Shown: in pieces, positions 38,794 through 47,098 of the stretch
Numbering within the stretch: position 1 is the stretch's first letter
Layout of the letters: each line of letters opens with the position of its first letter
DNA from: an uncultured delta proteobacterium
GTDB lineage: Bacteria > Desulfobacterota > Binatia > Binatales > Binataceae
DNA: 64,000 nucleotides
Direction: 5' to 3'
Assembly (NCBI GenBank): GCA_963711565.1
Contig: CAVQEQ010000001.1
Coordinates: 416,001 to 480,000, forward strand
Notes under the pieces: generated by a model
Databases searched by the model: none
What the model was told of the DNA's origin: nothing
What the model saw: only the letters and a program-made list of their open reading frames with translations
Made by a program: the position numbers and the translations under genes

Positions 38794-41195
38794 ATGCGCA
38801 GAGCAAGGCGGCCGGTTGGAATATCTCTCGGATTTTCGCTCTTGTTCCTGTGGTCTGCACTCTCGACGGCTTATGCGCGGCCTCCGCAGCCCGCCCCCGC
38901 ATCTACCTGCGCCGCGACCAGTGTCACGCTGGCAAACCAGAATTCCTATCCGATATGGATCGGCGAGAACGTTTCGGCCGGGGCTATACTGACGCCGCCC
39001 GGCAACAACTGGCAGTTGGGGGCGGGTGATTCGGTCAATCTGTGTGTGCCGGCAGACTGGACGTCAGGCAGCTTCTGGGCGCGCACCGAATGCAACTTCA
39101 GCGGCACCTTCGGTCAGGATTCCAACTACGCGGACTGCACCTCGGCGAGTCAATGCGGTCAAACACCAAATGCCCATATCTGCTATGGCGGAAAGTGCGT
39201 GATCGATTGCAGCACCAGCACCGGCACCAACGGCAATTGCAGTAGTCTTGCAAATTCCGTTTGTGTCGCCGCCGCTGGTTCCGCTTCCGGGAATTTCACC
39301 GCCGGTTCATTCTGTGGTTTTGCCGGCGGTGTGTGCAGAACCGGAGATTGCGGCAGCGGACTGTTCCAGTGTCAAGGCACATGGGATTCGCTTACGGCGG
39401 ACTTCGGTCCCGAGACTCCGGCGTCGCAGTTCGAGATCACCGATACTTCGGCAGCCGACGGCGGTCTTGGCGCCGCCACTTACGACGTAACAAATTTAGC
39501 GGGATACAATAACCCGATCGACGTGGCCCTGGACTTCACGCCGTCGGGGACCAACCCCGCATGCTACGCGACCAGCTGTAATACCGACCTCGACACCATT
39601 TGCCCGAGCCTGCTGCAGGTAATCGAACCCCCGACGGGCACGTCGGGAACTTGCGGCACCAACAACGCCACCTGTCAGACCGGATTCTGCGAATCCTGTC
39701 CGAGCGGGGCCGACCCAACGTCATGCAACGGGGGTTCGACCTGCGTCATTGGATGCAACGGTCCCGGCAAGCTTTGTGGCAGCAGCTATCCATCACCGGT
39801 GAGCGCACCGGGTGTGACCGACCTGGAATGCGATACGACTATCCCCGGCTTCACAGCCGCCGGCCAACTGGCGCAGTACCGCGACATGTACGACGCCGCG
39901 AACGATAGCGGGATCGCGGTTTCGAGCCATATCGGCGTGACAATGTTCTCAGGGAACCAGGGCACCCCGACCTGCTGGGGTGACATCGATTGCGCTCCCG
40001 GCGAAACCTGCCTGATCGGTCCCACCGCAACCGGAATCAGCGGCCTGCCGTCCGGCGTTGGGATCTGCGCCGTCCCAAATCCGGGGGAACTCCGACCGCG
40101 TTGCAGGTAACAGACTGTAACTCGACGTCGGATAATGGGAACCTTTGCGGTGGTTACGCATCCGTATCAAGTCCGGTTTATAGCTGTGTCCTGGCTAGCG
40201 GCGTGAGCAGTGGAGTTGCATGCCTGCCAGCCTACGATCCCCCGATAAGTGGCATCGGCACCTACGATACCACCACCGGTTTCTTCACCGGGATTGGCGC
40301 GCCGATTAACCCCGAATGGGAGGCGGCTGCGCTCTGGGCTGCGGGAAACGGGACCACCGCCGGAACCACGCCCTATTACGAAACCTTCTCGAACGCCTGT
40401 CCCCATCAGTACGCCTGGACCTACGACGACCATACCGGCGGCCTCGCGTGCAATGGCTATCCGCTGACGTTTACCGTCAGCTTCGGCGAATTGAGCGGTA
40501 GTCCGAGTCCGACCGCAACGACGACGCCAACGGCAACCCCAACCTCCACCGCCTCGGCTACGCCCACAGCTACCGTTGCCGGCGCGACGGCCTCGGCGAC
40601 ACCGACCGCAACCGCGACATCTACCGCAACCTCAACGGCGACTCTCAGCCCGACGCCCACTGCGACTGCTACTGCGAGCGCAACCGGCACAGCCACGCCC
40701 ACCGCTACCGCATCGGCGACGCCGACCGGCACAGTCACAGCTACGCCGACCTCGACCGCAACACCAACCGCAACCGCGACGATGACGCCAACGCCGAGCG
40801 GGACGGCAACGCCCGACTGCGTACCCAACATTTACCTGAGTACTAATCCCTCCGGCACTCTCGCTTTCGGTGACGTCAAGGTTAAACGGTCCGCAAAAGC
40901 GTCTCTGATAATCACAAATGGCGAACCGGCAGGGTCGCTTAAGTTGAGCACCAATATCCAGGGCGGACAAGCAACGGATTTTTCTGTAACTGGGGGTAGC
41001 TGCGCCATCGGTAAGTTAAAGGCCGGTAAATCCTGCACGTACAAGTTAACGTTCAAGGGTAAGAAACAAGTCCTTGGTGGGGTGAGCTCGAACCTGCTGG
41101 TCAGCGGAAGTTTTGCTCAAGGGGTGTGCCCAGCGGGCAACGTCCAAAGCAAGACGGTAACGCTGTCTGGCTTCGTCGTTGCGCCCAGCAAGTAA
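38794..41195 (+). pseudogene. Exported thaumatin-like protein with Thr/Pro linker and C-terminal Ig-like (ASH/choice-of-anchor D-like) domain; frameshifted at about 40083-40087 (real or assembly error)
   Basis: NQNSYPIWIG, WTSGSFWARTEC, CRTGDCG, YDVTNLAGYN, and YYETFSNACPHQYAWTYDD in the second frame. One extra G in the G5 run joins the two ORFs into 800 aa. Confidence 0.82.
40496..40815 (+). repeat. Coding low-complexity Thr/Ala/Pro repeat (TATPT-type linker)
   Basis: SPTATTTPTATPTSTASATPTATV... spanning about 105 aa. Confidence 0.85.
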
Positions 41196-41279
41196 CACTG
41201 TGGAATCCTGTACCAGGCGATAAGACCTATCGAGCTGGTAGAGGAAGTCCCCGCAGCCGGCGTATAGCGAGCACCTTAG

Positions 41280-43115
41280 CTACCGACGCACCCCGCGCCT
41301 CACAGTGCGGCTCGGTGGAACGATTTGGTTGCCGACTATCGCGTTGGTGATGTCGAAGCATCCCGTATCGCCATCCGAGTTGCTAAGGATCAACGCGAAC
41401 GGCCCATCGTCCAGAACCGTCAAATCGATACCGGTCAGCTCCAGGTTCATTGTCCATTCACCGCACGCGGGCGCCGCAGGCGTCGGCAGCTCGACCATCC
41501 TGACTGTGAGCGCCACCGGCGGCTCCACAAGGAAGATAGTTCCGTAGTTCTCGTGGTTCACCGTCTGCACCGTAAACGCACCCAGGCCGATCTCTAAAGC
41601 GTCATCACTGAGATAGGCACAACTGCCCTTGTAGATATCGACATCGATGCCGTTGAACGCATCGTCGGCCGCGTCGCACGTCGGAGCACTCTCGGTGAAA
41701 GTAAACGCCGTGTTGAGTTGATTTCCGCTTGGAGTGCTCGAATGGACTATCTGGAGCCTTTCGCCGGTAGCCGAGATCACAATCGGCATCGTCTGCAATT
41801 CGAATGCGCCGGCGTCGCAGAAGTCGGGATTGCCAGGGTCGGGCCGTGGAAAGCCGCGCTGGTCGGTGGTCAGTTTAACCGGCGTCGGCGACTGATCGGT
41901 GCAATCAGCGACCGGAATAAAATGGACCGCCTCGCTATCACCCTGTAGCGCTATTGTCTTCGTCGGTCCGCCGTTGTTCTGCAAACCCGCCGGATCCAGA
42001 TGCAGCGTCGTGCTGTCATTAAGACTGGTACCGCTGAAGCCACAGCTATCGTCGTCGGAGATGTTGTGGCCGAAGTCGGTGACCCCCAAAGCGCAATTTG
42101 TGGGAGTGCTGGTAGAGAAGATGCTTCCTTTGACACGGACGGCACCTCCGTTGACGATGGCGCCGCCGGCCGCCGCGCCATCGGGGCTGCCGCTGCCGCC
42201 GATGGCCTGATTGCCCGAAAACGTAGCATTGGTAACAGTCAGCGTGCCGGCGGAAAAGATGGCGCCGCCGTCGCTGTGACCGCCGTCGCTGCCGGCGCCG
42301 CCGATAGCTAGGTTGGCTGAAAAGGTGCTGTTGATGACGGTCGCCGCGCCGGCTTGATTAAGTATGGCCCCGCCGGCGGCGGCGCCGCCAGCAGCGCCAT
42401 CGCCGACGCCGCCGGTGACCTGGTCGGCCGAAAACGTGCTGTTGGTGACGGTTAGCGTGCCTAGGCTAAAGATGGCGCCGCCGTCGCCTTCGCCGCCGCC
42501 CACGCCTGTCGTGACGCCGGCACCGCCAGTGGCCCCGTTGCCCGAAAACGTGGAGTTGGTCACCGTCAGTGTGCCTTCGCTCCAGATGGCGCCGCCCTGG
42601 CCTGGCAAGCCGGAGCCGCTGCCTCCGACAGCGGAGCCAGTGGACTGGTTGTCCGACAACGTGCAGTTGGTCACCGTCACGGTGCCGCCCTCGTTAAAGA
42701 CGGCGCCGCCCGCGCCTTCGCCTTCCTCGTTGCCTAGCACGAATCCGTGAGCCAGGGTCAGAAATTGCAGGTTGAGGGTGGCGCCGGCGTTGACCATGAA
42801 AATTTCATACAAGCTCGCGCCATCGACAGTAATGGCTTGTCCGCTGCCATCGATCGTAAGGCTGCCGGGCGAGGTGTTCGTGATTTCCGGAAGCGCACTG
42901 AGCAGCGTTATCGTGCCGCTAACATTGAAATCAATGGTGTAAGAAGTAGTGGGTGAGGCGTTCGCGTTATTGATCGCGGCGCGCAGGCTGCCCGCGCCGC
43001 TGTCATTAATGTTGGTGACGGCAATTGTCGCCGCCCGCGCCAACCCGGACATCGCCAGGAACAAAAGCGGCAGTGCAATTGCGGTAAGCGCAAAGCGCCG
43101 ATTCCGATCTGCCAT
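41280..43115 (-). CDS. Exported beta-helix repeat protein, paralog 1 (Pmp-like GGAI/FxxN repeats, choice-of-anchor Q-like region, conserved C-terminal domain)
   Basis: Signal MADRNRRF..., DSGAGSLRAAI, repeated GGAI and NSTFSGN, NNGGPTKTIAL...DQRG...CDAGAFE, ends RTVRRGVRR. Confidence 0.85.
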   Translation of the reverse strand: MADRNRRFALTAIALPLLFLAMSGLARAATIAVTNINDSGAGSLRAAINNANASPTTSYTIDFNVSGTITLLSALPEITNTSPGSLTIDGSGQAITVDGASLYEIFMVNAGATLNLQFLTLAHGFVLGNEEGEGAGGAVFNEGGTVTVTNCTLSDNQSTGSAVGGSGSGLPGQGGAIWSEGTLTVTNSTFSGNGATGGAGVTTGVGGGEGDGGAIFSLGTLTVTNSTFSADQVTGGVGDGAAGGAAAGGAILNQAGAATVINSTFSANLAIGGAGSDGGHSDGGAIFSAGTLTVTNATFSGNQAIGGSGSPDGAAAGGAIVNGGAVRVKGSIFSTSTPTNCALGVTDFGHNISDDDSCGFSGTSLNDSTTLHLDPAGLQNNGGPTKTIALQGDSEAVHFIPVADCTDQSPTPVKLTTDQRGFPRPDPGNPDFCDAGAFELQTMPIVISATGERLQIVHSSTPSGNQLNTAFTFTESAPTCDAADDAFNGIDVDIYKGSCAYLSDDALEIGLGAFTVQTVNHENYGTIFLVEPPVALTVRMVELPTPAAPACGEWTMNLELTGIDLTVLDDGPFALILSNSDGDTGCFDITNAIVGNQIVPPSRTVRRGVRR

Positions 43116-43217
43116 GGACCCCTCCCCGCGGCGACTCGACCGCGTTGGCAAATTCTCCGCCCCTAAACTAGCTCAGGCAGCGGTGAGAACTCTCCCACGC
43201 CGGCTGCCCACTGTCAA
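43116..43217 (-). promoter_or_regulatory. Conserved promoter and 5' leader of paralog 1
   Basis: TTGACA-17-GAGAGT, then AATTTGCCAACGCGG-loop-CCGCGGGGAGGGGTCC-ATG. Repeated before all three paralogs. Confidence 0.7.
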
Positions 43218-43231
43218 TTTGTCGAAAAATA

Positions 43232-43318
43232 GCGCGGGCGGGATGCTATCTACATCCCGCCCGCAATCGTTCTCCTTCCTAAGTCTTAGCGATACTTAGG
43301 GAGGGAGTTATGGGTCAC
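43232..43318 (-). terminator. Double hairpin / intrinsic terminator after paralog 2
   Basis: Minus strand: CCTAAGT...ACTTAGG hairpin, then GCGGGCGGGATG-loop-CATCCCGCCCGC followed by a T-run. Confidence 0.7.
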
Positions 43319-43327
43319 TGGTTACTC

Positions 43328-45004
43328 TTACCGCCGCACCCCGCGCCTCACACTCCGGCTCGGCGGATCGATCTTGGCGCCGACGATCGCATTGTTCACA
43401 TCGAAGCAGCCCGCGTTGTCGTCTCCGTCTTCAATATACAGGGCAAATGGTCCGGAGCCCGTCAGACCGAACTCATATAGGTTGAGTTCGGACAACTCAA
43501 GGTTCAGGGTCCATTCACCGCACGAACCCGCCGGCGTCGGCAGCGCGACCATTCTGGCCGAGAGTATACCGCCGGTTGGGCCTGCAACCGTGTAGTAATC
43601 CGTTCCGTAGGTCTCGTGGTTAACCACCTGCGTAACAAAGTCCATTTCTGCAGACAAGCCACTATCAGGGAGATCGGCACAGGTGCCCTCGATAATGCCG
43701 ACATAAAGGAAATTGAACGCATCGTTGCCCGCGTCGCATGCGGCAGAGGTCAAACCGGGCCCGTTATCAATGAAAGTAAATGCGGTGTTGATTTGATCTG
43801 ACATATCGCCCGCATTTAAGAGCTGCAGCCTTTCGCTGCCCGGCACCAGCGCAATGGGCTCCTTGCCATCGAACTCGTATGCGCCGGTATCGCAGAAGCT
43901 CGGGCTGTTGGGCCGGGTATAGAACCGCTGGTCAAATATCAGCGCTTCGGGCGTCGTTTCCTGGTCGGTGCAGTTGGTGTCGAGGCTGCGCGCCAGGCTG
44001 GTTGATTCGAGCGCGACCGTCCCAGTCGGCCCGCCATTGTTCTGCAGTCCCAGAGGATCCAGCGCAACCTCGGCAGAAGTTCGGTTGTTTTTGCTCGAAC
44101 CGGCGGTAAAGCCGCAGCTATTGTCGACGGAGATGTTGTAATTCTTGTCGGTCACCGGTGGGGTAGTGATTCCGGCACAATTGCCCAGCGGCGTCGTCAC
44201 GCCGGTGCCCGCGTTCGCAAGGTTGTCCGCAAAGATGTTGCCCTTGAGGTCGGCGGTTCCCTGATTGTATATGGCACTACCGGTTTCTGCGACGTTATCC
44301 TCGAAAGTAGAGTTGGTGAGCTTCAGCGTCGCTCCAGTGTTGACAAAGATGGCGCCACCGCTGGTGTAGATGGATCCCAGGGGGAAGGCGACGTTGTTAT
44401 AAAAGGTGCTGTTGGTGATCTCGATCGCGCCAGTGTTGGCATAGATCGCGCCACCCCAGCTAGCAAGGCTAGCCTGAGGCGTAGTCTGATTATCCACGAA
44501 GAGGCAGTTACTAATGTCCAGATCGGTGCCGTTGGCGTATATGGCGCCGCCGAATTCGGTGTTTCCATCCTCAAGCGTGAGGTTCTCCAAGTAGAGTGCG
44601 GTGCCCGACCCAGCCACTATTATCCCTCCGGCTGGCACCACCTCATTGAGACCGGCGCTGATCGCAACGCCGCACGGGCCTGAACCCGAGCAGCCGAGGT
44701 TCGGGCCTATGATAGACAGGTCGGGGTCGGAAATGCTCAGCGGAAGGTCGCCAGCGTCAACATTGATGGTGCCGGTGACGTCGAAAAATATTGCGTCGTC
44801 ACCGGATCCCGCAGCACATCCATTCTGCGCCGTTTCGGTGTTGGCCGCTTTGACTGCGTCAACCAGGCTGCACTGGCCCGGAACGCTCCCGCCGTCAAGC
44901 GTGGTGACGCCAATCTCGGTAGCTCGCGCCATACCCGCCATCGCCAGAAATAAAAGCGGCAATGTAACTGCCGCAATGATAAAACGCCGATTTCGATCCG
45001 CCAT
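43328..45004 (-). CDS. Exported beta-helix repeat protein, paralog 2
   Basis: MADRNRRF signal, CSLVDAVKAAN (CSLREA-like), GGAI repeats, NNGGPT...DQR...CDTGAYE, ends RSVRRGVRR. Confidence 0.85.
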   Translation of the reverse strand: MADRNRRFIIAAVTLPLLFLAMAGMARATEIGVTTLDGGSVPGQCSLVDAVKAANTETAQNGCAAGSGDDAIFFDVTGTINVDAGDLPLSISDPDLSIIGPNLGCSGSGPCGVAISAGLNEVVPAGGIIVAGSGTALYLENLTLEDGNTEFGGAIYANGTDLDISNCLFVDNQTTPQASLASWGGAIYANTGAIEITNSTFYNNVAFPLGSIYTSGGAIFVNTGATLKLTNSTFEDNVAETGSAIYNQGTADLKGNIFADNLANAGTGVTTPLGNCAGITTPPVTDKNYNISVDNSCGFTAGSSKNNRTSAEVALDPLGLQNNGGPTGTVALESTSLARSLDTNCTDQETTPEALIFDQRFYTRPNSPSFCDTGAYEFDGKEPIALVPGSERLQLLNAGDMSDQINTAFTFIDNGPGLTSAACDAGNDAFNFLYVGIIEGTCADLPDSGLSAEMDFVTQVVNHETYGTDYYTVAGPTGGILSARMVALPTPAGSCGEWTLNLELSELNLYEFGLTGSGPFALYIEDGDDNAGCFDVNNAIVGAKIDPPSRSVRRGVRR

Positions 45005-45109
45005 GGACCCCTCCCCGCGGCGCGGCTCCGGCCGCGTTGGCAAATTCTAACCAGTCAACCAACTCTGACTTGTTCGGCAGACTCTTTCACCCTGCCCGTC
45101 TACTGTCAA
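45005..45109 (-). promoter_or_regulatory. Conserved promoter and 5' leader of paralog 2
   Basis: TTGACA-17-AAGAGT and the same leader motif. Confidence 0.7.
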
Positions 45110-45158
45110 CATAGAGTAACGTGGAATAGGCAAAACCGCCAGAAGCAACAATAACGGA

Positions 45159-45243
45159 GCGGGCGGGATGTCATCGACACCCCGCCCGCAATTCGTTCTT
45201 CTTCCCGAGTGCCCGTGACACTTAGAGAAGGAGTTTAGGTCAC
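45159..45243 (-). terminator. Double hairpin / terminator after paralog 3
   Basis: Homologous to 43232-43318; on the plus strand GCGGGCGGGATGTC-ATC-GACACCCCGCCCGC. Confidence 0.65.
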
Positions 45244-45250
45244 GTTGCTA

Positions 45251-46894
45251 TTACCGCCTCACTCCGCGTCTGACGCTGCGCGTCGGTGGATCGACCGCAC
45301 CGCCGACTATCGCATTGTCGATGTCGAAGCATCCCTGGTTGCCATCTCCGTCTACGAGTATCAGCGCAAATGGTCCGGGACCGGAGCCCGTCAGATCGAA
45401 CTCCGCCAATGAGAGTTTGGACAACTCAAGATTCAACGTCCATTCGCCGCACGCGCCCGCCGGCGGCGGCAGCGCGACCATCCTGGCTGAGAGTGTATAG
45501 CCGTCTGCGCCCGTCACCGTGAAGAAATCAGTCCCATAGGTCTCGTGATTAACCGTCGCCGTCGTAAAGGACATGGTGGTGAGCAATCCACTATCGGGGA
45601 GAGCGGAACAACTGCCTTCAACAACAAAGAGCTCAAGGAAATCGAACGCATCGTTGCCATCATCGCAGCTGGTGGAGGAGGCACCGGGCCCGTTATCGAT
45701 AAAGGTAAACGCCGTGTTGATTTGATCTGACATAGAGCCGGTCGAATGGACTATCTGCAGCCTTTCACTGCCCGACACGAGCTCTAAGGGCTCTGTCCCA
45801 TCAAATTCGTAAGCGCCACTGTCGCATTTGCTCGGGCTGTCGGGCCGGGTATAGAGCCGCTGGTCGGTTAGCACTGGATCGCCCGACTGGTCAGTGCAGT
45901 CTGTGTCGCGGCCGATCGCCTCGCTACCGGCCAAGAGCGCGATCGTACCGGTCGGGCCGCCATTGTTCTCGATTGAAGACGCCAACCCAGGGGAAGTGCT
46001 GTTGAGGCTCGTCCCCGAGAAGCCGCAGGACGCGTCGCTGGAAATGTTGTAGCCGAGATCGTGAGGAGTCACAGTTTCGCAGTTACCACCTGTGTTGCTC
46101 GCGAGGAGTGTGGCTTTGACGAACGGTTTGGCCATTGCAGCATAACCACCGCCGCCGCCGGCACTGTTCCCGTCGATAGTGCTGTTGGTGATCTTCAGGG
46201 TGGCGGAGTTGTTCATGTCAGCGATGGCGCCGCCAGCGCTGCCAGTCGGGGCAACCGTACCGTTCACAGCTTCATTGTCAGCAAAGGTGCTGTTGAGAAT
46301 ATCGACCGTCCCGGCACTATTAATATAGATTGCACCGCCCTTGCCGCCGTGAAAGCCGATCTCGTCCTTCGCGACATTCGCATAGAACAAGCAATCGTCA
46401 ATCTCCAGATCGGTGCCGTCCGCGAAAACAGCGCCACCCTCCCCGGCGAGTCCTTGTGTGAACGCCAAGTTTTGCAGCGTGAGCGTGGTGCTAGTCTCAG
46501 CAAAGATAATCCCACCATCTGCCGCAGGATTCTCATCCCCGTCGATCGTAATGCCGCATGGGCCGGTGCCCGAGCAGCCGATGGGCGGACCACTGATAAC
46601 CAGGTCGGCGTCGGAAATATTGAGCGGAGCGTCAAGAACGATTGTGCCGGTGACCATGAAAACTATTTCGTCGGTTCCGGTTCCAGCGGCGCACGTGCTC
46701 CCAGCAGGCACCGACTTGGTGTTGGCCGCTTTGATCGCGTCAGACAGGCTGCAAGCCCCCGAAACGCTCCCGCCGCCAAGCGTAGTGACGAGGATGAAGT
46801 TGGTTGGAGCGGCCTGCACGAGCCCCGACATCACCAGGAATAAAAACGGCAATGCAACTGCCGCAAGTGTAAAACGCCGATTCCGAACTGCCAT
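45251..46894 (-). CDS. Exported beta-helix repeat protein, paralog 3
   Basis: True start MAVRNRRF at 46894 by homology. CSLSDAIKAANT, GGAI repeats, ends RSVRRGVRR. Confidence 0.85.
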   Translation of the reverse strand: MAVRNRRFTLAAVALPFLFLVMSGLVQAAPTNFILVTTLGGGSVSGACSLSDAIKAANTKSVPAGSTCAAGTGTDEIVFMVTGTIVLDAPLNISDADLVISGPPIGCSGTGPCGITIDGDENPAADGGIIFAETSTTLTLQNLAFTQGLAGEGGAVFADGTDLEIDDCLFYANVAKDEIGFHGGKGGAIYINSAGTVDILNSTFADNEAVNGTVAPTGSAGGAIADMNNSATLKITNSTIDGNSAGGGGGYAAMAKPFVKATLLASNTGGNCETVTPHDLGYNISSDASCGFSGTSLNSTSPGLASSIENNGGPTGTIALLAGSEAIGRDTDCTDQSGDPVLTDQRLYTRPDSPSKCDSGAYEFDGTEPLELVSGSERLQIVHSTGSMSDQINTAFTFIDNGPGASSTSCDDGNDAFDFLELFVVEGSCSALPDSGLLTTMSFTTATVNHETYGTDFFTVTGADGYTLSARMVALPPPAGACGEWTLNLELSKLSLAEFDLTGSGPGPFALILVDGDGNQGCFDIDNAIVGGAVDPPTRSVRRGVRR

Positions 46895-46995
46895 GGACCC
46901 CTCCCCGCGGCCCCCGCCGCGTTGGCAAATTGTTCGCGAGTCAAACTGACCTATGAAGCCAAGCCAATCCTTCCACCGCGGCAGGATACTGTCAA
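46895..46995 (-). promoter_or_regulatory. Conserved promoter and 5' leader of paralog 3
   Basis: TTGACA-17-AAGGAT and the same leader motif. Confidence 0.7.
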
Positions 46996-47098
46996 TCACG
47001 TGAGCAAGACGCGCTGATTGGTCAAATACTGCGTGAAGGCGACATCCCTGCCCAAGGGAGCGTGAAACCCGCTGCGGGTTTCGCATAGAATTGACCCA

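Noticed and set aside
40496-40815. Repetitive tract considered as a CRISPR or tandem DNA array
   Set aside because: It is a degenerate coding Thr/Ala/Pro linker with no constant repeat-spacer structure, and there are no cas genes.
43080-43115. RRF in the paralog signal peptides as a Tat motif
   Set aside because: It does not fit S/T-R-R-x-F-L-K well; an ordinary Sec n-region is equally likely.
43146-43163. Conserved TTTGC in the leaders as a sigma54 -12 element
   Set aside because: GG-N10-GC spacing holds only for paralog 1, not for paralogs 2 and 3.
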